This document shows positions 1 through 12,733 of a stretch of 64,000 nucleotides of DNA, piece by piece. The stretch is taken from NCBI RefSeq assembly GCF_963921235.1, contig NC_086108.1, positions 100,194,001-100,258,000 on the forward strand, in the 5' to 3' direction. How positions within the stretch are numbered: position 1 is the first letter of the stretch; each line of letters starts with the position of its first letter. A model generated the notes under the pieces. The model ran no database searches. It worked only from the letters and a program-made list of their open reading frames with translations, and had not been told where the DNA came from. Source of the stretch: Mobula hypostoma (Eukaryota). The position numbers were made by a program, and so were the translations under genes.

Positions 1-385
1 ACTAGCCTCTTTAGTATCCAAGACATTTTTCAGGAGTGATGCCTCAAAAAGGCAACATCTATCATTAAGGACCCCATCACCCAGGTCATATCTTGTTCCT
101 CAGTGCTACTATCAGGGAGGAGGTACAGAAGCCTGAAGGCACACACTCAATGATTCAAAAACAGCTTCTACCCCTCTGCCATTCAATTTCAGAATGGACA
201 TTAAACCCATGAACACTGCCTCTACCTTTTTATTTTTATTTTTACATTACTTATTTAATTTAACTATTTAATGTATATCCTATAATTCATGTTGTTTTTC
301 TCTTTTATTATGCATTTGATTATGCTGCTGCCACAAAGTTTCACAACATATGCCCATGATATAAAACCTGATGCTGATTCTGACA
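1..385 (+). mobile_element. Rex1/Babar LINE 3' end fragment
   Basis: Matches the 3' end of the Rex1 copy at 21150-21580 (GGAGGTACAGAAGCCTGAAGGCACACACTC...) and ends in an AAACCTGATGCTGATTCTGA tail. Confidence 0.75.
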
Positions 386-670
386 CTTCTCGATGACTCT
401 AAAAGGAAAGGTTACAGGAACATGAAAACCCACACTCAGCATTTTAGAAACAGCTTTTCCCCTCTGCTATCAGATTTCTGAACAGTCGATAAACCCATTA
501 TTCCTCTTTAGCACGATTTATTTATTGTTTCAACGCCATACTTTTTGTAGCCTGCACTGTACTGCTGCCACAAAACAACAAATTTGTCTGAGGTAAGTTC
601 TTTACACAAAGAGTGGTGGGTGTGGCAGAGGCAAACGCATTGGGGGATTTAAGAAACTCTTAGATAGGTA

Positions 671-2263
671 CATAAGACCATAAGACCATAAGACAAAGGA
701 GCAGAAGTAGGCCATTCGGCCCATCGAGTCTGCTCCGCCATTTTATCATGAGCTGATCCATTTTATCCGATTTAGTCCCACTGCCCCACCTTCTCACCAT
801 AACCTTTGATGCCCTAGCTACTCAGATACCTATCAATCTCTGCCTTAAATACACCCAATGACTTGACCTCCACTGCCACCCGTGGCAACAAATTCCATAG
901 ATTCACCACCCTCTGACTAAAAAAATTTTTTCGCATTTCTGTTCTGAAAGGGCGCCCTTCAATCCTGAAGTTATGCCCTCTCGTACTAGACTCCCCCATC
1001 ATGGGAAACAGCTTTGCCACATCCACTCTGTCCATGCCTTTTAACATTCGAAATGTTTCTATGAGGTCTCCCCTCATTCTTCTAAACTCCAAGGAATGCA
1101 GTCCAAGTGCAGACAAACGTTCCTCATATGTTAACCCTCTCATTCCCGGAATCATTCTAGTGAATCTTCTCTGTACCCTCTCCAACGTCAGCACATCCTT
1201 TCTTAAATAAGGAGACCAAAAATGCCCACAGTACTCCAAGTGAGGTCTCACCAGTGCCTTATAGAGCCTCAACATCACATCCCTGCTCCTATACTCTATT
1301 CCTCTAGAAATGAATGCCAACATTGCATTCGCCTTCTTCACTACCGACTCAACCTGGAGGTTAACTTTAAGGGAATCCTGTACGAGGACTCCCAAGTCCC
1401 GTTGCATCTCAGAACTTTGAATTCTTTCCCCATTTAAATAATAGTCTGCCCGTTTATTTTTTCTGCCAAAGTGCATAACCATACACTTTCCAACATTGTA
1501 CTTCATTTGCCACTTCTCTGCCCATTCTTCCAATCTATCCAAATCTCTCTGCAGACTCTCCGTTTCCTCAGCACTACCGGCCCCTCCACCTATCTTCATA
1601 TCATCAGCAAACTTAGCCACAAAGCCATCTATTCCATAATCCAAATCATTGATATACAATGTAAAAAGAAGCAGCCCCAACACGGACCCCTGTGGAACAC
1701 CACTGGTAACCGGCAGCCAACCAGAATAGGATCCCTTTATTTCCACTCTCTGTTTCCTGCCAATCAGCCAACGCTCTATCCACGTATGTAACTTTCCTGT
1801 AATTCCATGGGCTCTTATCTTGTTAAGCAGCCTCATGTGTGGCACCTTGTCAAAGGCCTTCTGAAAATCCAAATATACAACATCTACTGCATCTCCCTTG
1901 TCTAGCCTACTGGTAATTTCCTCAAAAAATTGTAATAGGTTTGTCAGGCAGGATTTTCCTTTAAGGAATCCATGCTGAGTTCTGCCTATCTTGTCATATG
2001 CCTCCAGGTACTCTGTAACCTCATCCTTGACAATCGACTCCAACAACTTCCCAACCACCAACGTCAAGCTAACAAGTCTATAATTTCCTTTTCGCTTCTT
2101 TGCCCCCTTCTTAAATAGCGGAGGGACATTTGCAATCTTCCAGTCCTCCGGAACCATGCCAGAATCTATCGACTTTTGAAAGATCATCGCTAATGCCTCC
2201 ACAATCTCCACAGCTACTTCCTTCAGAACACGAGGGTGCATTCCATCTGGTCCAGGAGATTTA
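671..2263 (-). mobile_element. CR1 LINE, 5'-truncated, inserted in an older CR1 3' end (590-670 / 2264-2385)
   Basis: (GTCTTATG)n tail at 671-694, 3' stem-loop and RT ORF; the host sequence TAGATAGGTACAT|GGATGATAG resumes after the element. Confidence 0.92.
814..2241 (-). CDS. CR1 ORF2 reverse transcriptase (uninterrupted, N-terminally truncated)
   Basis: 475 aa with QHGF, YLDFQKAFDKVPH, GVPQGSVLG, FADD and the CR1 C-terminal FFSQRVVNLWN motif. Confidence 0.9.
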   Translation of the reverse strand: MHPRVLKEVAVEIVEALAMIFQKSIDSGMVPEDWKIANVPPLFKKGAKKRKGNYRLVSLTLVVGKLLESIVKDEVTEYLEAYDKIGRTQHGFLKGKSCLTNLLQFFEEITSRLDKGDAVDVVYLDFQKAFDKVPHMRLLNKIRAHGITGKLHTWIERWLIGRKQRVEIKGSYSGWLPVTSGVPQGSVLGLLLFTLYINDLDYGIDGFVAKFADDMKIGGGAGSAEETESLQRDLDRLEEWAEKWQMKYNVGKCMVMHFGRKNKRADYYLNGERIQSSEMQRDLGVLVQDSLKVNLQVESVVKKANAMLAFISRGIEYRSRDVMLRLYKALVRPHLEYCGHFWSPYLRKDVLTLERVQRRFTRMIPGMRGLTYEERLSALGLHSLEFRRMRGDLIETFRMLKGMDRVDVAKLFPMMGESSTRGHNFRIEGRPFRTEMRKNFFSQRVVNLWNLLPRVAVEVKSLGVFKAEIDRYLSS

Positions 2264-2589
2264 TGATATCATGGATGATAGAAAAAAGGTGTACTGTGTG
2301 GGAGGCAAGAATTTGATTGATATTAGAATAGGTTAAAAGTACAGATCATGGGTTGAAAGGCCTGTACTATACTGTAATGTTCTAATTTCACAACATTTGT
2401 CAGTGATAATGAACCTGATTCTCATTCTGACATAACCTGAAAGGACTGAATAGACTACTCCTTTGTTCCTTTGTTCTGCCTGTGATCAGGAGTTTCCATT
2501 CCATCTGCTGCCCAGAAAATCCCGTGGCCTGAGGCAGACCAATTAAGCAGTTTAACTACTGCAGACTATTTGGGCATATGCAATTTACA

Positions 2590-2978
2590 GGTTTATCTAC
2601 AAAGTGTACAGAAGAGTTACCTGAAGATGCTGCCTGGATTAGAGAGCATGTATTGATCAAACTAGGGCTTTTCTCTTTGGAGCGAAGGAGGATGAGAGGA
2701 GAATTTGATAGATGTGTATAAGATGATACGAGACATTGATAGACTGGACAGACAGAGCCTTTTTCCCAATGTGGAAATGGTCTAATTTTATTGTGATTGG
2801 AACAGGGTATAGTGGGGCGGATGTCAGAGGAAGGCATTATTACACAAGGGTGGAAGGTGCTGCTGTGGGTGGTTGTAGAAGCAGATACATTAGGGACATT
2901 TAAGAGACTCTTAGATAGGCAAATGGATGGCTATGTAGGAGGGAAACATTAGATTGATCTTGGAGTAGTTTAAAGTTT
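2590..2978 (+). mobile_element. Older CR1 3' fragment (resumes at ~5849-5905 after the nested CR1)
   Basis: Degenerate LGLFSLERRRMRG coding; the 3' UTR continues beyond 5848 and ends in TTCTATATTCTAT. Confidence 0.7.
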
Positions 2979-5848
2979 ACATAGCAACATAGAAAATAGG
3001 TGCAGGAGTAGGCCACTCGGCCCTTCGAGCCTGCACCGCCATTTATTATGATCATGGCTGATCATCCAACTCAGAACCCTGCACCAGCCTTCCCTTCATT
3101 CCCCCTGATCCCCGTAGCCACAAGGGCCATATCTAACTCCCTCTTAAATATAGCCAATGAACTGGCCTCAACTGTTTCCTGTGGCAGAGAATTCCACAGA
3201 TTCACCACTCTCTGTGTGAAGAAGTTTTTCCTCATCTCGGTCCTAAAAGGCTTCCCCTTTATCCTCAAACTGTGACCCCTCGTTCTGGACTTCCCCAACA
3301 TCGGGAACAATCTTCCTGCATCTAGCCTATCCAATCCCTTTAGGATTTTATACGTTTCAATCAGATCCCCCCTCAATCTTCTAAATTCCAATGAGTATAA
3401 GCCTAGTTCATCCAGTCTTTCATCATATGAAAGTTCTGCCATCCTAGGAATCAATCTGGTGAACCTTCTTTGTACTCCCTTTATGGCAAGGATGTCTTTC
3501 CTCAGATTAGGGGACCAAAACTGCACACAATACTCCAGGTGTGGTCTCACCAAGGCCTTGTACAACTGCAGTAGTACCTCCCTGCTCCTGTACTCGAATC
3601 CTCTCGCTATAAATGCCAACATACCATTCGCCTTTTTCACCGCCTGCTGTACCTGCATGCCCACTTTCAATGACTGGTGTATAATGACACCCAGGTCTCG
3701 TTGCACCTCCCCTTTTCCTAATCGGCCACCATTCAGACAATAATCTGTTTTCTTATTTTTGCCGCCAAAGTGGATAACTTCACATTTATCCACATTAAAT
3801 TGCATCTGCCATGAATTTGCCCACTCACCCAACCTATCCAATTCACCCTGCATCCTCTTAGCATCCTCCTCACAGCTAACACTGCCGCCCAGCTTCGTGT
3901 CATCCGCAAACTTGGAGATGCTGCATTTAATTCCCTCATCCAAGTCATTAATATATATTGTAAACAACTGGGGTCCCAGCACTGAGCCTTGCGGTACCCC
4001 ACTAGTCACCGCCTGCCATTCTGAAAAGGTCCCGTTTATTCCCACTCTTTGCTTCCTCTCTGCTAACCAATTCTCTATCCACATCAATACCTTACCCCCA
4101 ATACCGTGTGCTTTAAGTTTGCACACTAATCTCCTGTGTGGGACCTTGTCAAAAGCCTTTTGAAAATCCAAATATACCACATCCACTGGTTCTCCCCTAT
4201 CCACTCTACTAGTTACATCCTCAAAAAATTCTATGAGATTCGTCAGACATGATTTTCCTTTCACATTTCACCGCTTTCCAAATGTGCTGTTATCACATCT
4301 TTGATAACTGACTCCAGCAGTTTCCCCACCACCGACGTTAGGCTAACTGGTCTATAATTCCCCAGTTTCTCCCTCCCTCCTTTTTTAAAAAGTGGGGTTA
4401 CATTAGCCACCCTCCAATCCTCAGGAACTAGTCCAGAATCTAACGAGTTTTGAAAAATTATCACTAATGCATCCACTATTTCTTGGGCTACTTCCTTAAG
4501 CACTCTGGGATGCAGACCATCTGGCCCTAGGGATTTATCTGCCTTTAATCCCTTCAATTTACCCAACACCATTTCCCTACTAACATGTATTTCGCTCAGT
4601 TCCTCCATCTCACTGGACCCTCTGTCCCCTACTATTTCCGGAAGATTATTTATGTCCTCCTTAGTGAAGACAGAACCAAAGTAATTATTCAATTGGTCTG
4701 CCATGTCCTTGCTCCCCATAATCAATTCACCTGTTTCTGTCCGCAGGGGACCTACATTTGTCTTTACCAGTCTTTTCCTTTTTACATATCTGTAAAAGCT
4801 TTTACAGTCAGTTTTTATGTTCCCTGTCAGTTTTCTCTCATAATCTTTTTTCCCCTTCCTAATTAAGCCCTTTGCCCTCCTCTGCTGAACTCTGAATTTC
4901 TCCCAGTCCTCAGGTGAGCCACCTTTTCTGGCTAACTTGTATGCTCCTTCTTTGGAATTGATACTATCCCTAATTTCTCTTGTCAGCCACGGGTGCACTA
5001 CCTTCCTTGATTTATTCTTTTGCCAAACTGGGATGAACAATTGTTGTAGTTCATCCATGCAATCCTTAAATGCTTGCCATTGCATATCCACCATCAATCC
5101 TTTAAGTGTCATTTGCCAGTCTATCTTAGCTAATTCACATCTGATACCTTCAAAGTTACCCCTCTTTAAGTTGAGAACCTTTGTTTCTGAATTAACTATG
5201 TCACTCTCCATCTTAATGAAGAATTCCACCATATTATGGTCACTCTTACCCAAGGGGCCTCTCACGACAAGATCGCTAATTAACCCTTCCTCATTGCTCA
5301 AAACCCAGTCCAGAATAGCCTGCTCTCTAGTCGGTTCCTCAACATGTTGGTTCAAAAAACCATCCCGCATACATTCCAAGAAATCCTCTTCCTCAGCACC
5401 TTTACCAATTTGGTTCACCCAGTCTACATGTAGATTGAAGTCACCCATTATAACTGCTGTTCCTTTATTGCACACATTTCTAATTTCCTGTTTAATACCA
5501 TCTCCGACCTCACTACTACTGTTAGGTGGCCTGTACACAACTCCCACCAGCGTCTTCTGCCCCTTAGTGTTACGCAGCTCTACCCATATCGATTCCACAT
5601 CTTCCCGGCTTATGTCCTTCCTTTCTATTGCGTTAATCTCTTCTTTAACCAGCAACGCCACCCCACCTCCTTTTCTTTCATGTCTATCCCTCCTGAGTAT
5701 TGAATATCCCTGAACGTTGAGCTCCCATCCTTGGTCACCCTGGAGCCATGTCTCTGTGATCCCAACTATATCATAATCATTAATAACAATCTGCACTTTC
5801 AATTCATCCACCTTGTTACAAATGCTCCTTGCATTGACACACAAAGCC
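2979..5848 (-). mobile_element. Young CR1 LINE with nearly complete ORF2, truncated at the ORF2 start
   Basis: 3' tail and stem-loop at 2979-3045; APE endonuclease and RT coding throughout. Confidence 0.95.
3071..5848 (-). pseudogene. CR1 ORF2 (APE endonuclease + RT) split by one frameshifting deletion at ~4262
   Basis: ORF 4261-5856 has NARS, GITETWL, GDFN, LDWVL and SDHN motifs; ORF 3071-4264 has the RT motifs; 25 bp are missing relative to the sister copies at 18800-18840 and 52755-52795. Confidence 0.9.
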
Positions 5849-6393
5849 TGGTGCAATGTTGTAGGCTGAAGGATCTATACTATGCTGTACTCTTCTATAT
5901 TCTATCTGTTTCAATTTCTATACACCATTCTCCAGTCAAACCAGTGGCCATGCCTCCCCTCAGCTCTCAGTTGTGATTAGCCTCCAATTTATCCCGTTAT
6001 TGGATGACAGTGGATGTTCAGGAGTGAGAGGAAGATCAGGAGACAGGGAGGATTTCAGATTTCAGATGCAGAATCTAGAAGGGTGTTTGTGGTGCTTTAC
6101 AGACCTTCAGTGTGTGCTTAACTGCAACATCCCTACAAATTCTTCCTTCAAATTCATAATGTTCTGCTGAACAATATGGACATGCTATGTTGGCACTGAA
6201 ATGTATGGTAACACTTGTGGGCTGCCCCGAGTGCATGCTTTGGTGTCTTGGTTGTTAATGCAGGCAACATATTAACAACCAAGTAAATCTGAAATTCCCA
6301 TATATCATCCAAGCCAATCCCCAGCTATGGATGAGGTCAACCATAGGGCATATTTCTGTGCTGCAATTCTGCACGACTCTTTGACTCTAACAT

Positions 6394-6630
6394 GGGGTGG
6401 CACAGTAGTGGAGTGGTTAGCACAATGTTTTACAGTACAGTACCAGCGACCTGGGTTCGATTCCCGCCACTGTCTGTACAGAGTTTGAATGTTCTCCAGT
6501 GACCGCGTGGGTTTCCTCTTGATGATCCACTTTCCTCCCACAGTCCAAAGGCATACCTGTTGGTAGGTTAATTGTAAATTATCCTGTGATTAGCCTAGGT
6601 TAAATCGGGAGCTGCTGGGTGGCATGTCAC
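6394..6630 (+). mobile_element. tRNA-derived V-SINE (HE1-like)
   Basis: A-box-like TGGCACAGTAGTGG, B box GGTTCGATTCC, V-domain-like GCGTGGGTTTCCTC...TTTCCTCCCACAGTCCAAAG. Confidence 0.8.
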
Positions 6631-7309
6631 TGATTGGGTAATTATCTTCCTGGTAGCCAGCAATCTTTGATTTTATCATCCTACAAGCTCTCCAATCAGT
6701 GCACAAATAGATGTGTACTGAACTGATTTAAAGATGAATATACGATGTGTACTAGGTGTGACCTTTGCACACATTGTGTTAACGTAACCCTGGTAGACCA
6801 GTAACTTTGCCCTTGAAAAGACATCAACTCTGGCTAGGTATTTACTAAGACTTGAACTGTTTAAGCTTTGCCCTATGGGTGTAATGCTGGGATAACCTTT
6901 GCTTTCCCGATAGGACACCAGATAGGCATGGAAAGACAAACTCTCTCACAAGCAAGCAAGGAAAATTTCTTCCTTTACTTTTGCCACTTTGTACTGTCTA
7001 TCATGTTAAGACATAAGGCATTTTCTTCTATTCTTGATCAATAACTCTTTGGCTCCTTAAGGTATTCGCCCCTTGCTTGATTTATACGTTCAATAGTTTT
7101 TTTTTAATCATCATTCTAACAAGTTTACCTGTCATTGTCTCTTCCTGATGAAGATTAAATGTCTCTTGGATAGCAGACACTGTGATGGAGTAGCAGCTTC
7201 CTGTCTGGCTTGAATTTAATGGCCTTTTCCTAAACAATTGTTTTTCATTTGTACATTCAGTATATTATTCTTTAAGGATAAATTTCAAACTGTGGCTGGG
7301 AATTAGGAG

Positions 7310-7565
7310 GGTAATTGGTTCATTGGCCTATATTGCAAGTGGGGATTAGATATTTTGAAAAAGGAGGTCTTGTTACAATTGTATAGTAATAGAAATGAGA
7401 TAAAAGCTGGAGTACTTTGTATAGTTTTGGTCTCCATACCTAAGGAAGTATTTAATTGTCTTGGAGACTGTGGGGTACATGAACACTAGATTAATTTCTT
7501 GAATGAAAGAGTAGCCAGTGAGGAGAAGCTGAGTAAGATCAGCCTATACTCAGTGAAGTTACATA
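7310..7565 (+). mobile_element. Old CR1 RT C-terminal fragment
   Basis: Degenerate LAYIA..., LEY...FWSPYLRK coding. Confidence 0.55.
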
Positions 7566-7609
7566 GGCCATTGGACTACTATGTACAATATCGGTCTCCA
7601 TATAAGGCT

Positions 7610-7985
7610 AAAAGACCATAAGACGTAGAAACAGAATTAAGTCATTTGGCCCATCAATTCCACTCCACCATGCCATCATGGCTGATTTATTTTCCCTCTC
7701 AAACCTATTTGCCTGCCTTCTCCCCATAACCTTTGAAGACCTTATTAATCAAAAACCTATCAACCTTCACTTTAAATATACCCAATGAATTGGCCTCCAC
7801 AGCCGTCTGTGGCAATGAATTCCACAGATTCGCCATCTTCTGGCTGAAGAAATTTCTCCTCATCTCTTTCCTAAAGGGACATCCTTGTATTCTGAGGCTG
7901 TGCCCTCTGGTCATAAACTCTCCCACTACAGGAAACATCCTCTCCACATCCGCCCTTTCTACTCCTTTCAATATTCAATAGGCCC
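7610..7985 (-). mobile_element. CR1 3' end
   Basis: ORF 7705-7971 (TRGHSLRIQGCPF...NFFSQ...LWNSLPQ) plus 3' tail. Confidence 0.85.
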
Positions 7986-8374
7986 CCTCCCATTACTTCT
8001 AATAGAGGGCTGGACCCTGTGGGCCACTTTCGCAGTCCATGACCTCATAATCTATCTTGTCATGATCTTGTACTTTATCGTTTACATGCACTGAAAATTT
8101 TTAGTAGATTTTAGTTCATTATGTATTGTTATTGTTTTCTCTTATACTAATTCAATACACTGTAATGATTTGATCTGTATGAACTGTATGCAAGACAAGT
8201 TTTTCACTGTATCTTGTTACAGATGACAATAATAAACCAATACCAATACCAATATCAGGCTGTGATTTGTCACAATGTGCTAGAATCAAAATAGTTCTAC
8301 GTGTTTTAACACTGAACTGTCTTTGTCAGCTCTTCCTCCTGGCAAAGGAGCATCCCATGATTAGATTTGATGGG

Positions 8375-10655
8375 CAACCCACACTAACTGCTGGAGGAAC
8401 TCAGCAGGTCAGTCAGCACCTATAGAAAAGAGAAAACGGTCAATGTTTCGGGCTGAGATCCTTCTTCAGAACTGAGAAAGAAGGGAGAAGATGCCGGAAT
8501 AAAAAGGTGGAGGGAGAGGAAAGAGGCTAGCTGGAAGGTAACACACATCAATGTTGCTGGTGAACGCAGCAGGTCAGGCAGCATCTCTAGGAAGACGTAC
8601 AGTCAACGTTTCAGGCCGAGACCCTTCGTCAGGACTAACTGAAGGAAGAGATAGTAAGAGATTTGAAAGTGGGAGGGGGAGGGGGAGATCCAAAATGATA
8701 GGAGAAGACAGGAGGGGGAGGGATGGAGCCAAAAGCTGGACAGGTGATTGGCAAAAGGGATATGAGAGGATCATGGGACAGGAGGCCCAGGGAGAAAGAA
8801 AAGGGAGAGGGGGGATAAAAACCCATAGGATGGGCAAGGGGTATAGTCAGAGGGACAGAGGGAGAAAAAGGAGAGAAAGAAAAAGAATGTGTGTATATAA
8901 ATAAATAACGGATGGGGTACGAGGGGGAGGTGGGAAATTAGCAGAAGTTAGAGAAGTCAATGTTCATGCCATCAGTTTGAAGGCTACCCAGACGGAATAT
9001 AAGGTGTTGTTCCTCCAACCTGAGTGTGGCTTCATCTTCACAGTAGAGGTGATAGGTGAAGCCAGGTGGGTGGAAAAGGTGAAGGGCTAGACAAAAATGA
9101 GTCTGACAGGAGAAGAAAGTGGACCACAGGAGAAAGAGAAGGAGGAGGGAACACAGGGGGAAGGTGAGAAGAAATAAAAGGTCAGAGTGGGAGAATAGAG
9201 GAAAGGGGTAGAGGGGTGGAATTTGTTTACCAAAAGGAGAAATCAATATTCATGCCATCTGATTGGAGAGTACATAGAGAGGATAGAAGGTGTTGCTCCC
9301 CCACCCTGAGAGAAGCCTCACCTTGGCACAAGGGGAGGCCAAGAGTCGGTACGTTGGAAAGGGAATGGGAGTCTGAGTTAGTATGTTTAGCCATTGGGAA
9401 GTCACACTTGTGGCGGATGGTGCTGGGGTGCTCAACGAAGTGGTCCTCCAATTTACGAAAGGTCTCACCAATGTAGATGTGGTCACCTCAGGAGCACCGG
9501 ACACGATAGATGACTCCAGCTGATTGACAGGTCAAGTGTTGCCTTACCTGGAAGGACTGTTTGGGGCCCTGAATGAGGTGGGTGAGGAGTTGTATGGGCA
9601 GGCGTCACACTTAGACTGCTTGCAGGGTTAAGTGGCAGGAGGGAGATCAGTAGGAAGGGATTAATGGACAAGAGAATTGCAGAGGGAGCGATCCCTGTGG
9701 AAAGTGGAGGGGGGTAGGGAGGTAAAGATACGTTTTGTTGTCGGATCCCTTTGGAGAAGGCAGAAGTTGCAGAAGATAATGAGCTTGAATGAGGTGGGCT
9801 GATGGGTGGTATGTAAGGACAAGAGGGACTTTATTACTATTGGGGGGGCAGGAAGATGGGGTGCACATGGACGTATGGGAAATGAAGGAGTCACGAATGA
9901 GAGCAGCATCAACAGTAGATGGAGGGAAACCCACTTCTTTAAAGGAGGAGGACATTTCTGATGTCCTGGAATGGAAAGTCACATTTTAGGATCAGATGCA
10001 GAGGAGGCAGAAGAACTGAGAAAAGGGAATAGCATTTTTACAGAAGACAAGATATATTCAAAGTATCCATGGGAATAGTAGGTTTATAAAAAGGTGTCGG
10101 TTGACAGTTTGTCTCCAGAGATGTGGAGGGAGAGAGATTTAGAAAGGGGAGGGAGGTGGCAGAGATAGAACAAGGGAACTCAAGGGCAGGGTGGAAGTTA
10201 GAGGAGGCATTGATAAAATTGACAAGCTCAGCATGGGCACATGAAGCAGCACCAATGCAGTTGCCAGTGTAGAGGAGGGAGAGTTGGGTGGTATAACTGG
10301 GGAAGGCTTCAAACGTAGATTTGTTCTACATAACCAAAGAAGAGGCAGGCATAGCTGGGGCACATGCGAGTGTCCATGGCTACCCCTCAAGTACGTAGTA
10401 AGTGCGAGGAGTCAAAAGAAACAGTTCAGGATGAAGACCGATTCTGCCAGACAGAGGAGGGGGAAAGAAGCAGTGGATTTTGAGGTCTTTTTGATGGAGA
10501 ATAGAAATGTATAAGGATTGAACATCCATGGTGAAGATGAGGTGTCAGGGTCAGGGAACTGAAAGTAACTGAGGGTATGAAGAGTGTCGCAGATGTAGGT
10601 GAGAAGAGACTGAATCAAGGGGGATAGAATGGAATCAAGATATGAGGACACATTA
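8375..10655 (-). mobile_element. Degraded Penelope-like element (Neptune-type RT + GIY-YIG) with a younger PLE 3' segment nested at ~8540-9048
   Basis: Minus strand encodes GVAMGTRMCPSYACLF (RT, ~10320-10390), GVIYRVRCS*GDHIYIGETFRKLEDHFVEH (GIY-YIG, ~9430-9530) and LEEQHLIFRLGSLQ.DGMNIDFS twice; terminal-repeat sequence at 8375-8480 and 8540-8650. Confidence 0.85.
8601..8636 (-). ncRNA. Minimal type I hammerhead ribozyme motif in Penelope terminal repeat
   Basis: AGUC-CUGACGA-AGGGUCUCGGCCU-GAAA-C-GUU-GACU; stem I AGUC/GACU. Confidence 0.7.
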
Positions 10656-10664
10656 TTAGATTTG

Positions 10665-10970
10665 ATGAGCTTTATTTATCAAATGTACATTGAAACATAC
10701 AGAGGAATGCGTTTGTTTGCGTCAAATCAAATCAGCAAGGATTATACTGGTGGCAGTCCACAAGTGCCCCATGCTTCTGGTGCCAACGTAGCATTGCTTA
10801 CAACTCACTATAACCCTGACTGTATATCTTTGGAATGTGAAAGGAAACTGGAGCACCCAAAGGAAGCCCACACAGTCACAGAAAAACGTACAGAGTGTCA
10901 GCAGCGGGAAATGAACCCTCATCTTACTGCTGGTGGTGTAATAGCGTTACATTAACTGCTACACTACCTT
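10665..10970 (-). mobile_element. V-SINE
   Basis: Reverse-strand tRNA-like head and V domain (plus strand GGAAACTGGAGCACCCAAAGGAAGCCCAC); 3' part shared with 6160-6290, 56020-56170 and 57950-58110. Confidence 0.7.
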
Positions 10971-12102
10971 GCTGATGAATATCTCTCTGGAACAATCTAT
11001 TTTCCCCTCAGTTTTCAAGGGGGCAACCATCATTGCAGTCAAAGAAGGTGACAGTAACCTGCCCAAATGACCATCGTCTGGTGGCATTAACATCAACTAT
11101 TATGAAATGCTTTGAACGGCTGGTAATGGAGCACATTAAAGTCTTTCTCTAGGCTACATTGAACCCTTTCCAGTCATTCATCACTCAAAGCGATCCGAGA
11201 GATAGCCAGATCTTCGCTTGCAAAGAACAGGAGGGAAGAAGAGCCCTCAGGAACGACGACAAAATCGTTGGTGACTGTAGAGGCCAGTTCCAGATCTGCA
11301 GACTCTGGATCAGTAGGAACATGAAAACAGCTGGGTTGCAGGCACTTGGGTAGTTGGATCCTTCCTGCGTCTCCTCTTCTCTGAGGTGCTCACTGTTCCG
11401 GATTCCTCGAAATTCTTGACTTCTCCATGAATCAGTGTTCTCTAGCAGTCTCTGTCACAAGCCAGCTGCTGCCACTCGTTGGCCTCGATATTTGCCTGAG
11501 AGAGCGGCTGGTTAAGTTGGTCTTTGTACCTCTTGCGTGGGGCACCACGATCTCTCTTGCCCTGAGAGAGTTCTCCGTAGAGTACTGCTTTCAGTAACCT
11601 GGAGCTGTCCATGCGAGACACATAGCCTGGCCAGAAGAGCTGCCTGAGCAGCAAAGTGGCTTCAATACTTGGAAGTTGAGCCTACTCCAGGACCTCGTTG
11701 GTGGAGACATGATCCTGCCAGCTGATACCCATGATGGAGCAGAGGCGGTGCTGAAGGAAGCGCTCGAGCAACTGGATTTGCTTGTGGTACAAGAGCCAGA
11801 CTTTGGAGCCATATAGACTTCGGCAGCCCTGTACACCTGGACATTTGTGGACAGGTGCAGCTGGTGGTTCTTCCACACACATTCCTGGAGCCACTCGGAG
11901 TCACTGCTGGTTCTGACGTGTCGATTGTCAACGTCCCTCACTACCGTAGCGCCACTGGAGATGACACTGCTCAAGTAAGTGAACTGCTCGACCGGGGTGA
12001 GAGGGTGATCATCAATGGTTATCTGAGGTGGGTTGTAAACACCACGAGGGGGCTTCTGATGGAAGATCATTGTTTTCTTCAGACTGACCGTTCACCCGAA
12101 AG

Positions 12103-12733
12103 ACATAGAAACATAGAAACATAGAAAATAGGTGCAGGAGTAGGCCATTCGGCCCTTCGAGCCTGCACCGCCATTTATTATGATCATGGCTGATCATCCA
12201 ACTCAGAACCCAGCCTTCCCTCCATACCCCCTGACCCCTGTAGCCACAAGGGCCATATCTAACTTCCTCTTAAACACAGCCAATGAACCGGCCTCAACAG
12301 TTTGCTGTGGCAGAGAATTCCACAGATTCACCACTCTCTGTGTGAAGAAGTTTTTCCTAATCTCGGTCCTAAAAGGCTTCCCCTCTATCCTCAAACTGTG
12401 ACCCCTCGTTCTGGACCTCCCCAACATCGGGAACAATCTTCCCGCATCTAGCCTGTCCAATCCCTTTAGGATCTTATACGTTTCAATCAGATCCCCCCTC
12501 AATCTTCTAAATTCCAACGAGTACAAGCCCAGTTCATCCAGTCTTTCTTCATATGAAAGACCTGCCATCCCAGGAATCAATCTGGTGAACCTTCTTTGTA
12601 CTCCCTCTATGGCAAAGATGTCTTTCCTCAGATTAGGGGACCAAAACTGCACACAATACTCCAGGTGTGGTCTCACCAAGGCCTTGTACAACTGCAGTAG
12701 TACCTCCCTGCTCCTGTACTCGAATCCTCTCGC
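12103..12733 (-). mobile_element. Young CR1 3' fragment nested in RTE
   Basis: (ATGTTTCT)n tail; ORF 12203-12691 nearly identical to the C-terminus of 17615-18904. Confidence 0.92.

Noticed and set aside
4937..5713. 258 aa plus-strand ORF, and recurring ORFs such as MPPKWITSHL... and MNLLCTP...
   Set aside because: Antisense shadows of CR1 ORF2; they recur only because the LINE recurs
6394..6480. tRNA genes at SINE heads (also 55095-55172, 57635-57709)
   Set aside because: No full cloverleaf, and they continue into SINE bodies and tails
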